Part shown: piece after piece, positions 9,384 to 18,859 of the stretch
Layout of the letters: every line of letters begins with the position of its first letter
How positions within the stretch are numbered: the first letter of the stretch is position 1
DNA from: an uncultured Gemmatimonadales bacterium
GTDB taxonomy: Bacteria > Gemmatimonadota > Gemmatimonadetes > Gemmatimonadales > GWC2-71-9
Length of the DNA stretch: 64,000 nt
Assembly (NCBI GenBank): GCA_963748815.1
Contig: CAVVKJ010000008.1
Coordinates: forward strand, 1-64,000
Direction: 5' to 3'
Program-made: the position numbers and the translations under genes
Notes under the pieces: generated by a model
What the model saw: the letters and a program-made list of their open reading frames with translations, nothing else
Databases searched by the model: none
Told to the model about the DNA's origin: nothing

Positions 9384-9511
9384 GCCTAACGACTGGCGCA
9401 TCAGCGGCGAGGGCGCTCGCGGCAGCCGCCGCGCGACCTCGCAGTCAGTATAAAGCGCGGCGGCTGCCGCACATAGGGCGCGCCCTCGACAGCTGCATGC
9501 GCTGGCTAGGC
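9384..9511 (-). repeat. attC (R'' mutated AAC>AGC)
   Basis: gcctaac...gctaggc. Confidence 0.9.
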
Positions 9512-9539
9512 AGCGGCGCTCTCACCTGCGTGTCCGCCC

Positions 9540-9974
9540 TTAGTCCACTGTGCTGTGAGGCCAGACGATGACGAGAAGTGCCAAGAGCCCAGCACCAATC
9601 AGCACGGTTCGATACACGCCCTTCTCTGAGTCCCCGAGGCGAATGGAGTCCACCGCAGCCTGCGGTACCGCAATGCGGCAGGGCGTGCAATCGAGCCCTT
9701 TGTGATAAGGAATCCCCGACACGCTATCCGAGGTAATGTAAACGCCGTGCCATTGATCCACCTGAGTGGACTGCCAAACTTGAACCTGCTGCTTGGCTGG
9801 GAGCGTGCGGGGTGCTAGATCGTCCGAAGGTCGATGCCAACCAGCTCCGCAGGCCTCAGCGAGGAATAGTGACGCAGTGGTAAGGCTGACGATCCGCCAG
9901 CGCCTGTTCCTATGTGGAGAACTTGTCAGGGGCGACTCGGTGTTGATGGGAGCCCAACGGCCGCAGTCGGTCAC
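9540..9974 (-). CDS. hypothetical exported protein with CxxC and C-terminal TM
   Basis: Cassette ORF; paralog of 31648-32040. Confidence 0.7.
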   Translation of the reverse strand: MTDCGRWAPINTESPLTSSPHRNRRWRIVSLTTASLFLAEACGAGWHRPSDDLAPRTLPAKQQVQVWQSTQVDQWHGVYITSDSVSGIPYHKGLDCTPCRIAVPQAAVDSIRLGDSEKGVYRTVLIGAGLLALLVIVWPHSTVD

Positions 9975-9981
9975 CGACGCT

Positions 9982-10109
9982 GCCTAACGAATGGCGCATC
10001 AGCTGCGAGGGCGCTCGCGGCAGCCGCCGCGCGACCTCGCATCTAGTATAAAGCGCGGCGGCTGCCGCAGATAGAGCGCGCCCTCGTCAGCTGCATGCGC
10101 TGGTTAGCC
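9982..10109 (-). repeat. attC
   Basis: Full-length family repeat. Confidence 0.93.
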
Positions 10110-10116
10110 AGCCGGC

Positions 10117-10707
10117 TTAGGCACATAGGCGCAACGAGGTGATTGTCTGGACTACAACCCAGCCCTGAGGCTCTCGACGAAGGTACATGGTGCGAGGCAT
10201 CGGGACCGTGCAGCCACCCACCATATACGGAGCCATGTTCAAGAACAGCTCGCTCTCTGCTGCCATTTCCCACTGCGGCCATGTCCAACCCACCCCCGGG
10301 GAACCGACCCAGCCCCGGAAAGGCCGGATCGGCATCTTAATCGACACCTTCACATCCCCGTACCATTTCTGCAGGGAGTCGAGACCGACCACCCGGTCCT
10401 GGCCCCTAGGGCAATGAACAAGGTCCGCGCATTGCAATAGGAAGGGCGTGCGACCCAGCGCGCCCGCGAGGCTACCCTGAAGACCGGCATGCTTCGGAAA
10501 TTGCGGAATATCAAGCTGGAAAGACTTGCCCCGATACCAACTCGGTAGGGAGTCAGCGAGGTACGTGGCAACGGCAATGAAAATGAACGCAGTGTCGCGT
10601 TGGCTGAGAACTGGCTCGACCTTCGAACTGCCGTCCTTCTCCTGCGCGGCGAGGCTGGAGGTCAGGAGGCCAAGGGCAAGCAGCTTCGAGAAGTGGGTCA
10701 TGGTCAC
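10117..10707 (-). CDS. hypothetical secreted protein
   Basis: Signal peptide (SLAA-Q); fills the cassette. Confidence 0.7.
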   Translation of the reverse strand: MTMTHFSKLLALGLLTSSLAAQEKDGSSKVEPVLSQRDTAFIFIAVATYLADSLPSWYRGKSFQLDIPQFPKHAGLQGSLAGALGRTPFLLQCADLVHCPRGQDRVVGLDSLQKWYGDVKVSIKMPIRPFRGWVGSPGVGWTWPQWEMAAESELFLNMAPYMVGGCTVPMPRTMYLRREPQGWVVVQTITSLRLCA

Positions 10708-10720
10708 CAGAGGGAGGTCT

Positions 10721-10848
10721 GGCTAACGAATGGCGCATCAGCTGCGAGGGCGCTCGCGACAGCCGACGCGCGACCTCGCATTTAGCATAAGGCGCGGCGG
10801 CTGCCGCAGATAACGCGCGCCCCCGTCAGCTGCATATGCTGGTTGGAC
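10721..10848 (-). repeat. attC
   Basis: ggctaac...gttggac, slightly diverged. Confidence 0.9.
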
Positions 10849-10864
10849 GCCAACGCATGAGTTC

Positions 10865-11341
10865 TCAATGCTTGCGTTCCATGGGGTTCTCTCGGGAGGG
10901 CTGCTGCCCGAGGTCTTGGGCGAGCCCGATGAGAATGTCTTCGGGACCCCGGATGTAGCAGAGCCTGTAGATGTCTTCGTAGTCGACAACTTCATCCACC
11001 ACCGTTGCACCGAGCTTGCTGAGCCGGGCGAGGGTGTCGTCAATGTCCTCGACCGTGAACATCACGCGCAGGTATCCCAACGCGTTCACGGGGGCTGCGC
11101 GGTGGTCGGACGCGATGGCGGGGGCGTCGAAGCGTGAGAGCTCGAGGCGGCTGTGGCCGTCGGGTGTGCGCATCATGGCGATCTCGACCCGCTGCCCGCG
11201 CACTCCGGTGACGCGACTGGCCCATTCGCCTTCGATGGGCATGCGGCCTTCGAGGGCAAGGCCGAGCTCAGTGAAGAACTCTATGGCGGCATCGAGGTCT
11301 TCCACCACGATGCCGACGTTGTCCATACGCTTGACTGTCAT
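10865..11341 (-). CDS. VOC/glyoxalase family protein
   Basis: RMDNVGIVVEDLDAAIEFF..MMRTPDGHSRLEL..RLCYIRGPE. Confidence 0.92.
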   Translation of the reverse strand: MTVKRMDNVGIVVEDLDAAIEFFTELGLALEGRMPIEGEWASRVTGVRGQRVEIAMMRTPDGHSRLELSRFDAPAIASDHRAAPVNALGYLRVMFTVEDIDDTLARLSKLGATVVDEVVDYEDIYRLCYIRGPEDILIGLAQDLGQQPSRENPMERKH

Positions 11342-11355
11342 GATGCCTCGTTGGC

Positions 11356-11423
11356 GTCCAACGTAGTTACGCATCGGCTGCCGCCGCAAAAGCGCGCCCT
11401 CGACCGCTGGTGCAAGGTTGCTT
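11356..11423 (-). repeat. attC remnant (internal deletion, decayed R'')
   Basis: gtccaac..gcatcggctg joined directly to ccgccgcaaaagcgcgccctcgacc. Confidence 0.65.
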
Positions 11424-11452
11424 CTCCTAGTGGAGGGAGCAGGGCCCAAACG

Positions 11453-11848
11453 TCATTCCGTGGTCCGGCCGTCAAAGTGCTCGTGCGAGGCGTTGGCGTC
11501 GGCGCATGTCCTATGCACCGTCCCGTCGACGTGCTCGGGCGGCCCGTAGATCGTGTAGAGCCTGAGTGGTTTGTCGCCTTTCGCGATGACGTTGTGCTTC
11601 GCGCCCTGTGGCACGATGACACCGTCGTCGCCCTTCACCTTGTGGCAGACATCGTCGATCCAGATTTCCCCTTCGCCGCCCTCGATACGGAAGAACTGGT
11701 CGCGGTCGTCGTGGACCTCCTCACCGATCTCCTCCCCAGGCTGGATCGCCATAAGCACCAGTTGGAGGTTGTGGCCGGTGTACAGTACCTTGCGGAAGAG
11801 ATCATTCTCCTCCGTCAGCCGTTCGATATTGTCGACAAACCCGTTCAT
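11453..11848 (-). CDS. cupin domain protein
   Basis: FRKVLYTG..QLVLM..GEEIGEEVH..DQFFRIE..VPQGAKHNV..LYTIYGPPEH. Confidence 0.92.
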   Translation of the reverse strand: MNGFVDNIERLTEENDLFRKVLYTGHNLQLVLMAIQPGEEIGEEVHDDRDQFFRIEGGEGEIWIDDVCHKVKGDDGVIVPQGAKHNVIAKGDKPLRLYTIYGPPEHVDGTVHRTCADANASHEHFDGRTTE

Positions 11849-12129
11849 CGTGCGTCCTTTCGCGCAGGGTTGTTGTGACGAGCACATGCAGGTCTGGAAC
11901 GCATCACGAGTTCAAACCGACTACAATTGCTCGGCACCACGCTGCCCGCTGCCCAGTGTCTCGGAGGCCCCCTGTGGACGGCTGGCGCTTCTGCCGCGGG
12001 GCCAGACAAGGCCCCCGCAGCCCTGAGAAAACGCCTACACTGCGGCGGCCGAACCGCTTGGCCTCGTCGCCCGCAAGCGCGGGGGGGGCCAGGCTGCCCC
12101 GCTCGTGGCGACGGTTACAAGCGACATCT

Positions 12130-12624
12130 CTAGGCATTCTCAGAACGTGCTAGTTCAGAGACGAGACCACGATGCTCCCTGAGTAAATAGAGGATCATAG
12201 TGACCGCGGCTGCCGTGGTGGCTCCGAACACGTGGTACAGCGAGAAACAGCCGCTGACGGGGGCAAGAATGGACGCGACCGCGCCGAAGAGGTGGAACGC
12301 CACAAAGAGGAACATGAAGAGCGCGGCTAGGTAGAGTTGGGGCCGACGGGCAGTTAGAGAAAACAACCAGGCCGTGAGACACCCGAGGGCCAGGAATGTT
12401 ACGAGATGGAGCGCGCTATAAGCCAGCATGGGTTCGATTGCGGGCTGGACGTCGCAGACGTTCGTGACGCCGTGGAACAACGAAGCCGCGAGCAGGGAAG
12501 GCGTGAAGCCGAGCGCCTGACCGGTGGCCAAGTCCAGGACCACGAACCCGAGCGCGGTAACTCCGAACCCGATCGCGCCTGCGATGAGGCCTTTGGCAAG
12601 CACGTTAGCTGTGGAAGGGCGCAT
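12130..12624 (-). CDS. hypothetical membrane protein
   Basis: 4 TM segments; GAGGT RBS. Confidence 0.75.
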   Translation of the reverse strand: MRPSTANVLAKGLIAGAIGFGVTALGFVVLDLATGQALGFTPSLLAASLFHGVTNVCDVQPAIEPMLAYSALHLVTFLALGCLTAWLFSLTARRPQLYLAALFMFLFVAFHLFGAVASILAPVSGCFSLYHVFGATTAAAVTMILYLLREHRGLVSELARSENA

Positions 12625-12762
12625 GGATCAAACCTCGCTGAAGGAATGGATGCTGAACAATTCCGTGGGGTAGCATCGCGACAGATCCGCGAGCTTGGGG
12701 TTCGACCATCTCACTGGTGGTGAAGCAGTCCCAATGCCGTTCAGAAAAACGAAGGGTGAGCC

Positions 12763-12883
12763 ACCCAACGAATTGCTGCGAGGGCGCTCGCGCCAGCCGC
12801 CGCGCGACCTCAAGATCAGTATAAAGCGCGGCGGCTGCCGCAGATCGCAGCGCGCCCTTGCCAGCTGCATGCGCTGGTTAGGC
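12763..12883 (-). repeat. attC with L' box deleted
   Basis: acccaacgaatt-gctgcgaggg; gcgcatca is missing. Confidence 0.85.
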
Positions 12884-13108
12884 AGCCCCTACTTTCGAGC
12901 CTTTCCAGGTCATCGACAGCCGCCGACCGCTGGCCGCGCAATCGCGCAGGTAAAGATTGATCAGGCTCTGATAGGGCAGTGCAGTCTCTTCGGCCAACTG
13001 CTTGAAGTAGTCAATCGTGCCCTCATCCAGGCGAATGGTGATGGGCTTTTTGAGTTGCTTGGCGTAGGGGTTTCGCCGCGCCTTCGAAAAATCGTATTCC
13101 TTCCGCAT
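12878..13108 (-). CDS. brnA: BrnA family antitoxin
   Basis: MRKEYDFSKARRNPYA..KKPITIRLD..YFK..PYQSLINLYL. Confidence 0.88.
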   Translation of the reverse strand: MRKEYDFSKARRNPYAKQLKKPITIRLDEGTIDYFKQLAEETALPYQSLINLYLRDCAASGRRLSMTWKGSKVGAA

Positions 13109-13400
13109 CAGCTGTTCCTTTCCGTGTACTGCGCTCGTTCTCGTCGACTTGCCGGCCGTGCTGAGATGAGCCGAATCACCTGCCCGCGCTCACGCAGACA
13201 ATGCACGACCACCAGCAACCGAAGGTGGCGCTGAGCCCGAGCAGGATGAATCGCTCCTCCGCCGCCGAGTGGGCGGGGTCTTCAAGCACGAAGCCGAGTT
13301 CGTCGCTGAAGGCGGTCTTGGCCTCCGAGAAGGGGACGCCGTGCTTGGCCAGATTCGCGGCGGCCTTCTTGGAGTCCCACTCGAAGCGCAGCTCGGGCAT
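13108..13400 (-). pseudogene. brnT: BrnT family toxin, frameshifted near 13222
   Basis: FEWDSKKAAANLAKHGV..EERFILLGLS, then in another frame LLVVVHC..IRLISARPA; TGATG overlap with brnA. Confidence 0.82.
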
Positions 13401-13405
13401 GAGGC

Positions 13406-13434
13406 AATGTACATATCATGTATGTACGTGTCAA
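13406..13434 (-). promoter_or_regulatory. brnTA promoter/operator
   Basis: TTGACA-17-TACATT, 5 nt before ATG; GTACATA-N5-TATGTAC palindrome. Confidence 0.82.
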
Positions 13435-13462
13435 TAGTGGGTGGGGCGGGGGTTCTGGGGCT

Positions 13463-13590
13463 GCCTAACGAATGGCGCATCAGCTGCGAGGGCGCTCGCG
13501 GCAGCCGCCGCGCGACCTCGCCAGTAGTATAAAGCGCGGCGGCTGCCGCAGATAGAGCGCGCCCTCGACAGGTGCATGCGCTGGTTAGGT
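13463..13590 (-). repeat. attC
   Basis: Full-length family repeat. Confidence 0.93.
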
Positions 13591-13740
13591 GGCAGTCATT
13601 GCGTCGCACTCGTTCCGGTAGGTGCGAGATGGCGAAGGCCGTCGATCGATCGCCTTGTCGGGTTTGCGGGACGAGTATTCTCTCATCAACTCATCGGTTT
13701 TCGCAAGCCATGGCAAGAGTGGCCGACGAGGGGGTGCACA

Positions 13741-15576
13741 TCACGGGCTAACTACCATGACGGGAGTGGCGCTGAAGCTATTGTACGCTAGTGATGGATC
13801 TCCGAGCTCCCCTCCTACACTCTGACCCCAGCAGTATGCCCGTCCTGCCGAGATTCCGCACACATGGTCGCTTCCCACACTGATCACATTAAATGTGAGG
13901 GGAGACTCAATTGGACGGGGCGTCTGATTACAAGGATAGAAGCCACTAGTGGCTTCACCACACTGATCGGGAGGGGACAATCGGCCGAGTTGCCCAAGCC
14001 AGTTACTTCCCCAGCAATACACCGTGTCGGATGCGGTAAGTCCGCAAGCGAAATATTGTCCGCTCTCGATGGAGGTAAAGGCCAGTCCTCCAGCGACAGC
14101 GACCGGCTGTGTATTGCACGCGTAAGTCATGATTGCATCGCAATACTCGTATGGTGCCGTGGTACCCAACTTCGGTCCAGTGGCCAGGAACCCGCGGTCT
14201 CCCCAGCAATACCCTTCGGAGCTCGTCGTAACCGCGCACGTAAAGTTGTTTCCAACCGAAATACTTCTAAAGTGGAGTCCGCCCATGACCGGAACCGGGT
14301 AAGCGGACGGCAAGGTATCTCCAGTCCCAAGCTCTCCGTAGCGATTGGTTCCCCAGCAATACGCCAGCCCTGTCGTTGAGACTCCGCAAGAGTGCCCGGC
14401 GATGGCAGTCGAGATCGATTGCCAGCTGATGTTCCCTGGGAGAAGTGCCGGTGCGACCGCAAAGGTATCCCCATTGCCGATGCCACCATCCGGATGGGCG
14501 CCCCAGCAGTAGCCCGCCTGCTGGATCGTGACGCCGCAGGTCAACCTAAGCCTCACGCTTAACTGGGAAAAGTCGTGCTGTCCGGCCACTGCCGTAGGCA
14601 CCAGCACTTCGTGGCCATCGGGGTGGAATTGCCCAGACCCAAAACTGTTGGAGTACTCGGTACCCCAACAGAAGGCCGTGCCAGCAGCTAGTGCGCACGC
14701 GCCGTAGAAGCTCGGGTAGACGGACGAGAATACCTGTGAGGCCTGCGTAGGCACGGGAACGGCGCTCGACATGCCCAATCCCAATGGAATGGCCCCCCAG
14801 CAGTACGCCACCCCGGCATTCCCAATGATTCCGCAGGACTCCCCGCCAGGGCCGATTCCTACCTGGTTGAAGACACCGGCTTCGATCGGAATCGCGCGCC
14901 ACGCTTCCAACCCTTCGGCTTCCGCGATTACCGTAACGGTGCCTGACCTCAAAGTCGTGAGGAGCCCCGTGGGCGAGACGGTGATATTGGGATCAGCAGT
15001 AGACCACTGAACGCTGCGGCCCAGCAGCGGGTTGCCACTCGAATCCTCGACAGTCGCGACCAGCTGAAGGGTATCGCCCGCGCGGGTGGAACTCGAAACA
15101 ATGGTGATGGCGCGAATCGGAACCAGGCTCACAGTGGCTTGCGCGCTGTCAGCGTAGCCGTCTGCGGAGGCGCGTACCCTCGCTTGCCCCACCGCAAGGG
15201 CTGTCACCATTCCATCGGCCGACACGGCCAAGATAGCTGAATCAGAGGTCGACCAGGTCACAGTCACGCCTGTCAGCTCCCCGCCCGCCGATCCCTGCAC
15301 GGTGGCGGCAAACTGGCGCTGACTGCCGAGGTAGATGAGTGCCTGATGGGGGTCGACGGTCAGGCCGACCACCCGGGCACCGGCGTTCGGTGCGACTGCG
15401 TCGGAGCAGCCGCAGATCACGACCAACACCAGGATGCTGCATCTTGGTATCGACAATCTCAGGTGGGCATTCACAAGGGTGCTCCAGATCGCGCGAGAGG
15501 GGGTCTGGCGTCTGCTCTCGGACAGGAGACGCATTCTCAACCCAACTTTGTGGCAAACACGGATCACACGGACCAA
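13741..15576 (-). CDS. Ig-like (Big_2) + RCC1-repeat lipoprotein (start uncertain)
   Basis: CGC lipobox; two WSTS/ADP..VS..G Big_2 units; repeated AYCWG..GELG RCC1 blades. Confidence 0.88.
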   Translation of the reverse strand: MVRVIRVCHKVGLRMRLLSESRRQTPSRAIWSTLVNAHLRLSIPRCSILVLVVICGCSDAVAPNAGARVVGLTVDPHQALIYLGSQRQFAATVQGSAGGELTGVTVTWSTSDSAILAVSADGMVTALAVGQARVRASADGYADSAQATVSLVPIRAITIVSSSTRAGDTLQLVATVEDSSGNPLLGRSVQWSTADPNITVSPTGLLTTLRSGTVTVIAEAEGLEAWRAIPIEAGVFNQVGIGPGGESCGIIGNAGVAYCWGAIPLGLGMSSAVPVPTQASQVFSSVYPSFYGACALAAGTAFCWGTEYSNSFGSGQFHPDGHEVLVPTAVAGQHDFSQLSVRLRLTCGVTIQQAGYCWGAHPDGGIGNGDTFAVAPALLPGNISWQSISTAIAGHSCGVSTTGLAYCWGTNRYGELGTGDTLPSAYPVPVMGGLHFRSISVGNNFTCAVTTSSEGYCWGDRGFLATGPKLGTTAPYEYCDAIMTYACNTQPVAVAGGLAFTSIESGQYFACGLTASDTVYCWGSNWLGQLGRLSPPDQCGEATSGFYPCNQTPRPIESPLTFNVISVGSDHVCGISAGRAYCWGQSVGGELGDPSLAYNSFSATPVMVVSP

Positions 15577-15630
15577 CCTCAGGGGGATTGCACGCCAGAA
15601 GTCCTACCGCAGGCCCGCATCCGAGCTGCC

Positions 15631-15757
15631 ACCTAACGAACTGCGCATCAGCGGCGAGGGCGCTCGCGGCAGCCGCCGCGCGACCTCCCAACAGTATTAG
15701 GCGCGGCGGCTGCCGCCGCAAGAGCGCGCCCTCGCCAGCTGCATGCGCGGGTTAGGC
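15631..15757 (-). repeat. attC
   Basis: Full-length family repeat. Confidence 0.93.
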
Positions 15758-15769
15758 CGCTTGCTCGCG

Positions 15770-16111
15770 CTACAGGTGAAGGACAAGACGGAGGCCCGCC
15801 TCGACCTGCCGCAAGGTCGGCGCATCCAGCCGCCCAGCATGTTCCTGCAAATCGCTACGGTCCAGGGTGACCACCTGCGATACGTTGGCGACCGAGTCCT
15901 TCGGCAGCCCAGACAGCTTGGCTGGCACCAAGACATTTCCCGGTGCATCCAACAGGCGAAGATTGGAGCTGAGCACCACCGCTACAAGGGTCTGAATGCG
16001 GCTCCGATTGAAGGCATCCGCCTGGACGATCAACACCGGACGCCGGAAACCGGGTTCCGAACCGCGTGGCTCACCGAGGTCAGCCCACCAGATCGTGCCG
16101 CGCTCGATCAC
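15770..16111 (-). CDS. mazF: PemK/MazF family toxin
   Basis: RGTIWWADLGEPRGSEPGFRRPVLIVQAD..GLPKDSVANVSQ. Confidence 0.93.
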   Translation of the reverse strand: MIERGTIWWADLGEPRGSEPGFRRPVLIVQADAFNRSRIQTLVAVVLSSNLRLLDAPGNVLVPAKLSGLPKDSVANVSQVVTLDRSDLQEHAGRLDAPTLRQVEAGLRLVLHL

Positions 16112-16344
16112 CAGGCGTCCGTGGCAACGGCGCGGGTCTGCGCCCGGCGGAGGTCGGGTTCGAGGGTGCTCGACTCGGTCGCGTAGAGGGCGTCCAGCCG
16201 GGCTGTGATCTTTCGGCTCTGGTGCTTTGCCACGAACTCGGCGAGCGCGGTGGCCACGAGATGGCTGCGGGAAACCCCTAGGCGCTCCGCGAGGGCTTCA
16301 GCGGACGCAAAGAGGTCGTCGGGGAGGGAGATGGCTGTTTTCAT
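16108..16344 (-). CDS. MazE-like (ChpI/RHH) antitoxin
   Basis: MKTAISLPDDLF..LGVSRS; overlaps the toxin start. Confidence 0.88.
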   Translation of the reverse strand: MKTAISLPDDLFASAEALAERLGVSRSHLVATALAEFVAKHQSRKITARLDALYATESSTLEPDLRRAQTRAVATDAW

Positions 16345-16349
16345 ACCGC

Positions 16350-16378
16350 AGTATAACTAAGGTATAACGATAGCGCAA
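16350..16378 (-). promoter_or_regulatory. TA operon promoter
   Basis: TTGCGC-17-TATACT, 5 nt before ATG; GTTATAC direct repeats. Confidence 0.75.
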
Positions 16379-16381
16379 GCG

Positions 16382-16509
16382 GTCTAACGAATGGCGCATC
16401 AGCTGCGAGGGCGCTCGCGGCAGCCGCCGCGCGACCTCAATATCAGTATAAAGCGCGGCGGCTGCCGCAACTAGAGCGCGCCCTCGACAGCTGCATGCGC
16501 TGGTTAGGT
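16382..16509 (-). repeat. attC
   Basis: Full-length family repeat. Confidence 0.93.
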
Positions 16510-16515
16510 TGCACC

Positions 16516-16544
16516 TTGACAATATGCCAGATATGACATATTCT
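16516..16544 (+). promoter_or_regulatory. TA operon promoter (antisense to the array)
   Basis: TTGACA-17-TATTCT, 5 nt before ATG; imperfect AATATG..CATATT palindrome. Confidence 0.8.
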
Positions 16545-16549
16545 GTTGT

Positions 16550-16894
16550 ATGGCCCCCAGCGACAAGCCCCTGGTCTGGCTCCGAGGAGAGGTGAAGTCC
16601 CCGCCGTTCTCCCCGCCAGCGCGCCTAGAGGCGGGGTTCCTCCTCCGGCAGCTCCAAGGTGGGGCAAAGTTACGCCTTCCGCACTCCCGCCCCATGCCCG
16701 CCATCGGGCCCCGGTGCCACGAGTTGCGGATCCCGGATGAGAAAGTCACTTGGCGGATCGTCTACCGCCTGGATGCGGATGCCATCGTGTTGGCCGATGT
16801 GTTCGCCAAGAAGACGCAGGCCACTCCAAAACACGTAATTGCGGCCTGCCAGCGTCGCCTACGGATGTACGACGAAACGGTCTCGGAGGAATGA
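16550..16894 (+). CDS. RelE-like (Gp49-like) toxin
   Basis: KPLVWL..SPPFS..PHSRPMPAIGPRCHELRI..WRIVYR..FAKKTQATP. Confidence 0.9.
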   Translation: MAPSDKPLVWLRGEVKSPPFSPPARLEAGFLLRQLQGGAKLRLPHSRPMPAIGPRCHELRIPDEKVTWRIVYRLDADAIVLADVFAKKTQATPKHVIAACQRRLRMYDETVSEE

Positions 16895-17229
16895 TGAAGA
16901 CAACGAAGCGCGCCAAACTGCAGGCAGCGGGTTGGGCCGTTGGGGATGCGGCCGACTTCCTCGATCTCAGCCCCGCCGAAGCGGCGTATGTGGAGCTGAA
17001 GCTCTCGCTGAGCCAGGCGTTGCGTCGCTGGCGCTCCACCCGCAAGCTCACCCAGACGGAACTCGCCAAGCGGCTGGGGTCCAGCCAATCACGGGTGGCC
17101 AAGATGGAGGCTGGCGATCCGACGGTATCGGCGGACTTGCTCCTGCGCTCGCTGTTGGCGCTCGGGGCGACCTCGAAGGATATCGCGTCCAGCTTGACGA
17201 CACAGCGGCGCAAGGCTGGTGCAACCTAA
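16891..17229 (+). CDS. XRE HTH antitoxin
   Basis: GWAVGDAADFLDL..LTQTELAKRLGSSQSRVAKMEAGD. Confidence 0.9.
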   Translation: MMKTTKRAKLQAAGWAVGDAADFLDLSPAEAAYVELKLSLSQALRRWRSTRKLTQTELAKRLGSSQSRVAKMEAGDPTVSADLLLRSLLALGATSKDIASSLTTQRRKAGAT

Positions 17230-17351
17230 CGAAACGCGCATCAGCTGCGAGGGCGCTCGCGGCAGCCGCCGCGCGACCTCGCTAGCAGTATAAAGCGCGG
17301 CGGCTGCCGCAGATAGAGCGCGCCCTCGACAGCTGCATGCGCTGGTTAGGC
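17224..17351 (-). repeat. attC
   Basis: Full-length family repeat. Confidence 0.93.
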
Positions 17352-17498
17352 GGCGCGGAGAGTCATGAGCCAGATCGTGAGATGGGTCGAGCAGCCGCGT
17401 TGCCGGAACTTGATGGGCCTCGGCGCCTACCGATCAGGTCTGATGTGGTCGCCAACATATTGCCTGATTGAACGGTGAGGTCCTTAGCAACGTCATCA

Positions 17499-18764
17499 CT
17501 ACGGCCTCGTGAAAACCCAGGCGGCCCCGGCCTCCACGTTGTCGACGAATCCTCCGACAAGCGCGGTGCTGCCGCCGGCGGAGAGCGAGACGGAACCGCC
17601 CTGGTACGCGCTCCCAGCGGAACCAGTGCCGACCAGCTTGGCCCCCTGCTGCGTCCAGACCCCCCCACTCCGGGTCCAAGCCCAGACAGCCCCATCGCCC
17701 ACGTTGTCCGCGTACCCTCCGACGAGTGCCATGTTTCCATCGGCGGAGAGGGAGACGGACACGCCCCGATAGGCGTTCCCCACGGCACCGGTGCCGACCA
17801 ACTTGGGCCCCTGCTGCGTCCAAGTCTCCCCGCTTCGTGTCCAGACCCAGGCGGCCCCAGCGCTCCCATTGTCTTCCGTCCCGCCAACGAGGGCGGTGTT
17901 GCCGTCGGCGGAGAGGGACACGGACTCCCCCTGGTTGGCGGCCCCGGCAGCGTCGCCGCCGGCGAGTTTGGCCCCCTGCTGGGTCCAGACGCCCCCGCTC
18001 CGGGTCCAGATCCACGCGGCCCCGGCACCCCCGTTGTCCAGGCTCCCTCCGACGAGGGCAGTGCTCCCATCGGCGGAGAGGGAAACGGACTGACCCTGAT
18101 GGGCGGCCCCGACCGCGTCGTCGCCGGCCAGCTTGCCTCCCTGCTGGGTCCAGACACCCCCGCTCCGGGTCCAGACCCACGCGGCGCCGGTAAAGCCGTT
18201 GTCTTGCGCGCCCCCAACAAGGGCGGTGTTGCCGTCGGCGGAGAGGGATACGGATCGTCCCTGCCAGGCGGCCCCGACGGCGCCGGTGCCGGTCAGCTTG
18301 GCCCCCTGTTGCGTCCAGGTCTCTCCGCTCCGTGTCCAAACCCAGACGGCCCCAACACCGCTATTGTCTTCCGGCCCACCGACGAGCGCGGTGTTGCCAT
18401 CGGCGGAGAGGGACACGGACTTACCCTGTCCGGCGCTTTCCACGGCACCGGCGCCGACCAGCTTGACCCCCTGCTGGGTCCAGACGCCCCCGCTCCGGGT
18501 CCAGACCCACGCGGCCCCGGCATACGTGTTGTCGTAGCTCCCGCCGACGAGGGCGGTGCTTCCATCGGCGGAGAGAGATACGGACTGACCTTGTGCGGCG
18601 TTCCCCACGGCACCCGTGCCGACCAGTTTGGGTCCCTGTTGCGTGAACATAGGCTGGTCTGCCGGTGGCGCCGTGCTCTCGCTGCATGCGGCGACCGCGA
18701 ACAAAGTGGTAAGGCGGAAAGTGCTTGAACGCAGCCGGATTCGTGCTGGCGAGGAGGCGCGCAT
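17499..18764 (-). CDS. FG-GAP-like seven-bladed beta-propeller lipoprotein
   Basis: VAAC lipobox; 7 repeats of QG.SVSLSADGNTALVGG..D..GAAWVWTRSGGVWTQQG.KL. Confidence 0.9.
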   Translation of the reverse strand: MRASSPARIRLRSSTFRLTTLFAVAACSESTAPPADQPMFTQQGPKLVGTGAVGNAAQGQSVSLSADGSTALVGGSYDNTYAGAAWVWTRSGGVWTQQGVKLVGAGAVESAGQGKSVSLSADGNTALVGGPEDNSGVGAVWVWTRSGETWTQQGAKLTGTGAVGAAWQGRSVSLSADGNTALVGGAQDNGFTGAAWVWTRSGGVWTQQGGKLAGDDAVGAAHQGQSVSLSADGSTALVGGSLDNGGAGAAWIWTRSGGVWTQQGAKLAGGDAAGAANQGESVSLSADGNTALVGGTEDNGSAGAAWVWTRSGETWTQQGPKLVGTGAVGNAYRGVSVSLSADGNMALVGGYADNVGDGAVWAWTRSGGVWTQQGAKLVGTGSAGSAYQGGSVSLSAGGSTALVGGFVDNVEAGAAWVFTRP

Positions 18765-18859
18765 CTCAGACTCCGCTTCAGGGAGAGAGCACAAGCGCAG
18801 ACACGGCGGCGGAGTTGAAGGCAGTCGGCCGTACACTCGCACTTGGCCGAACCGTGTCC

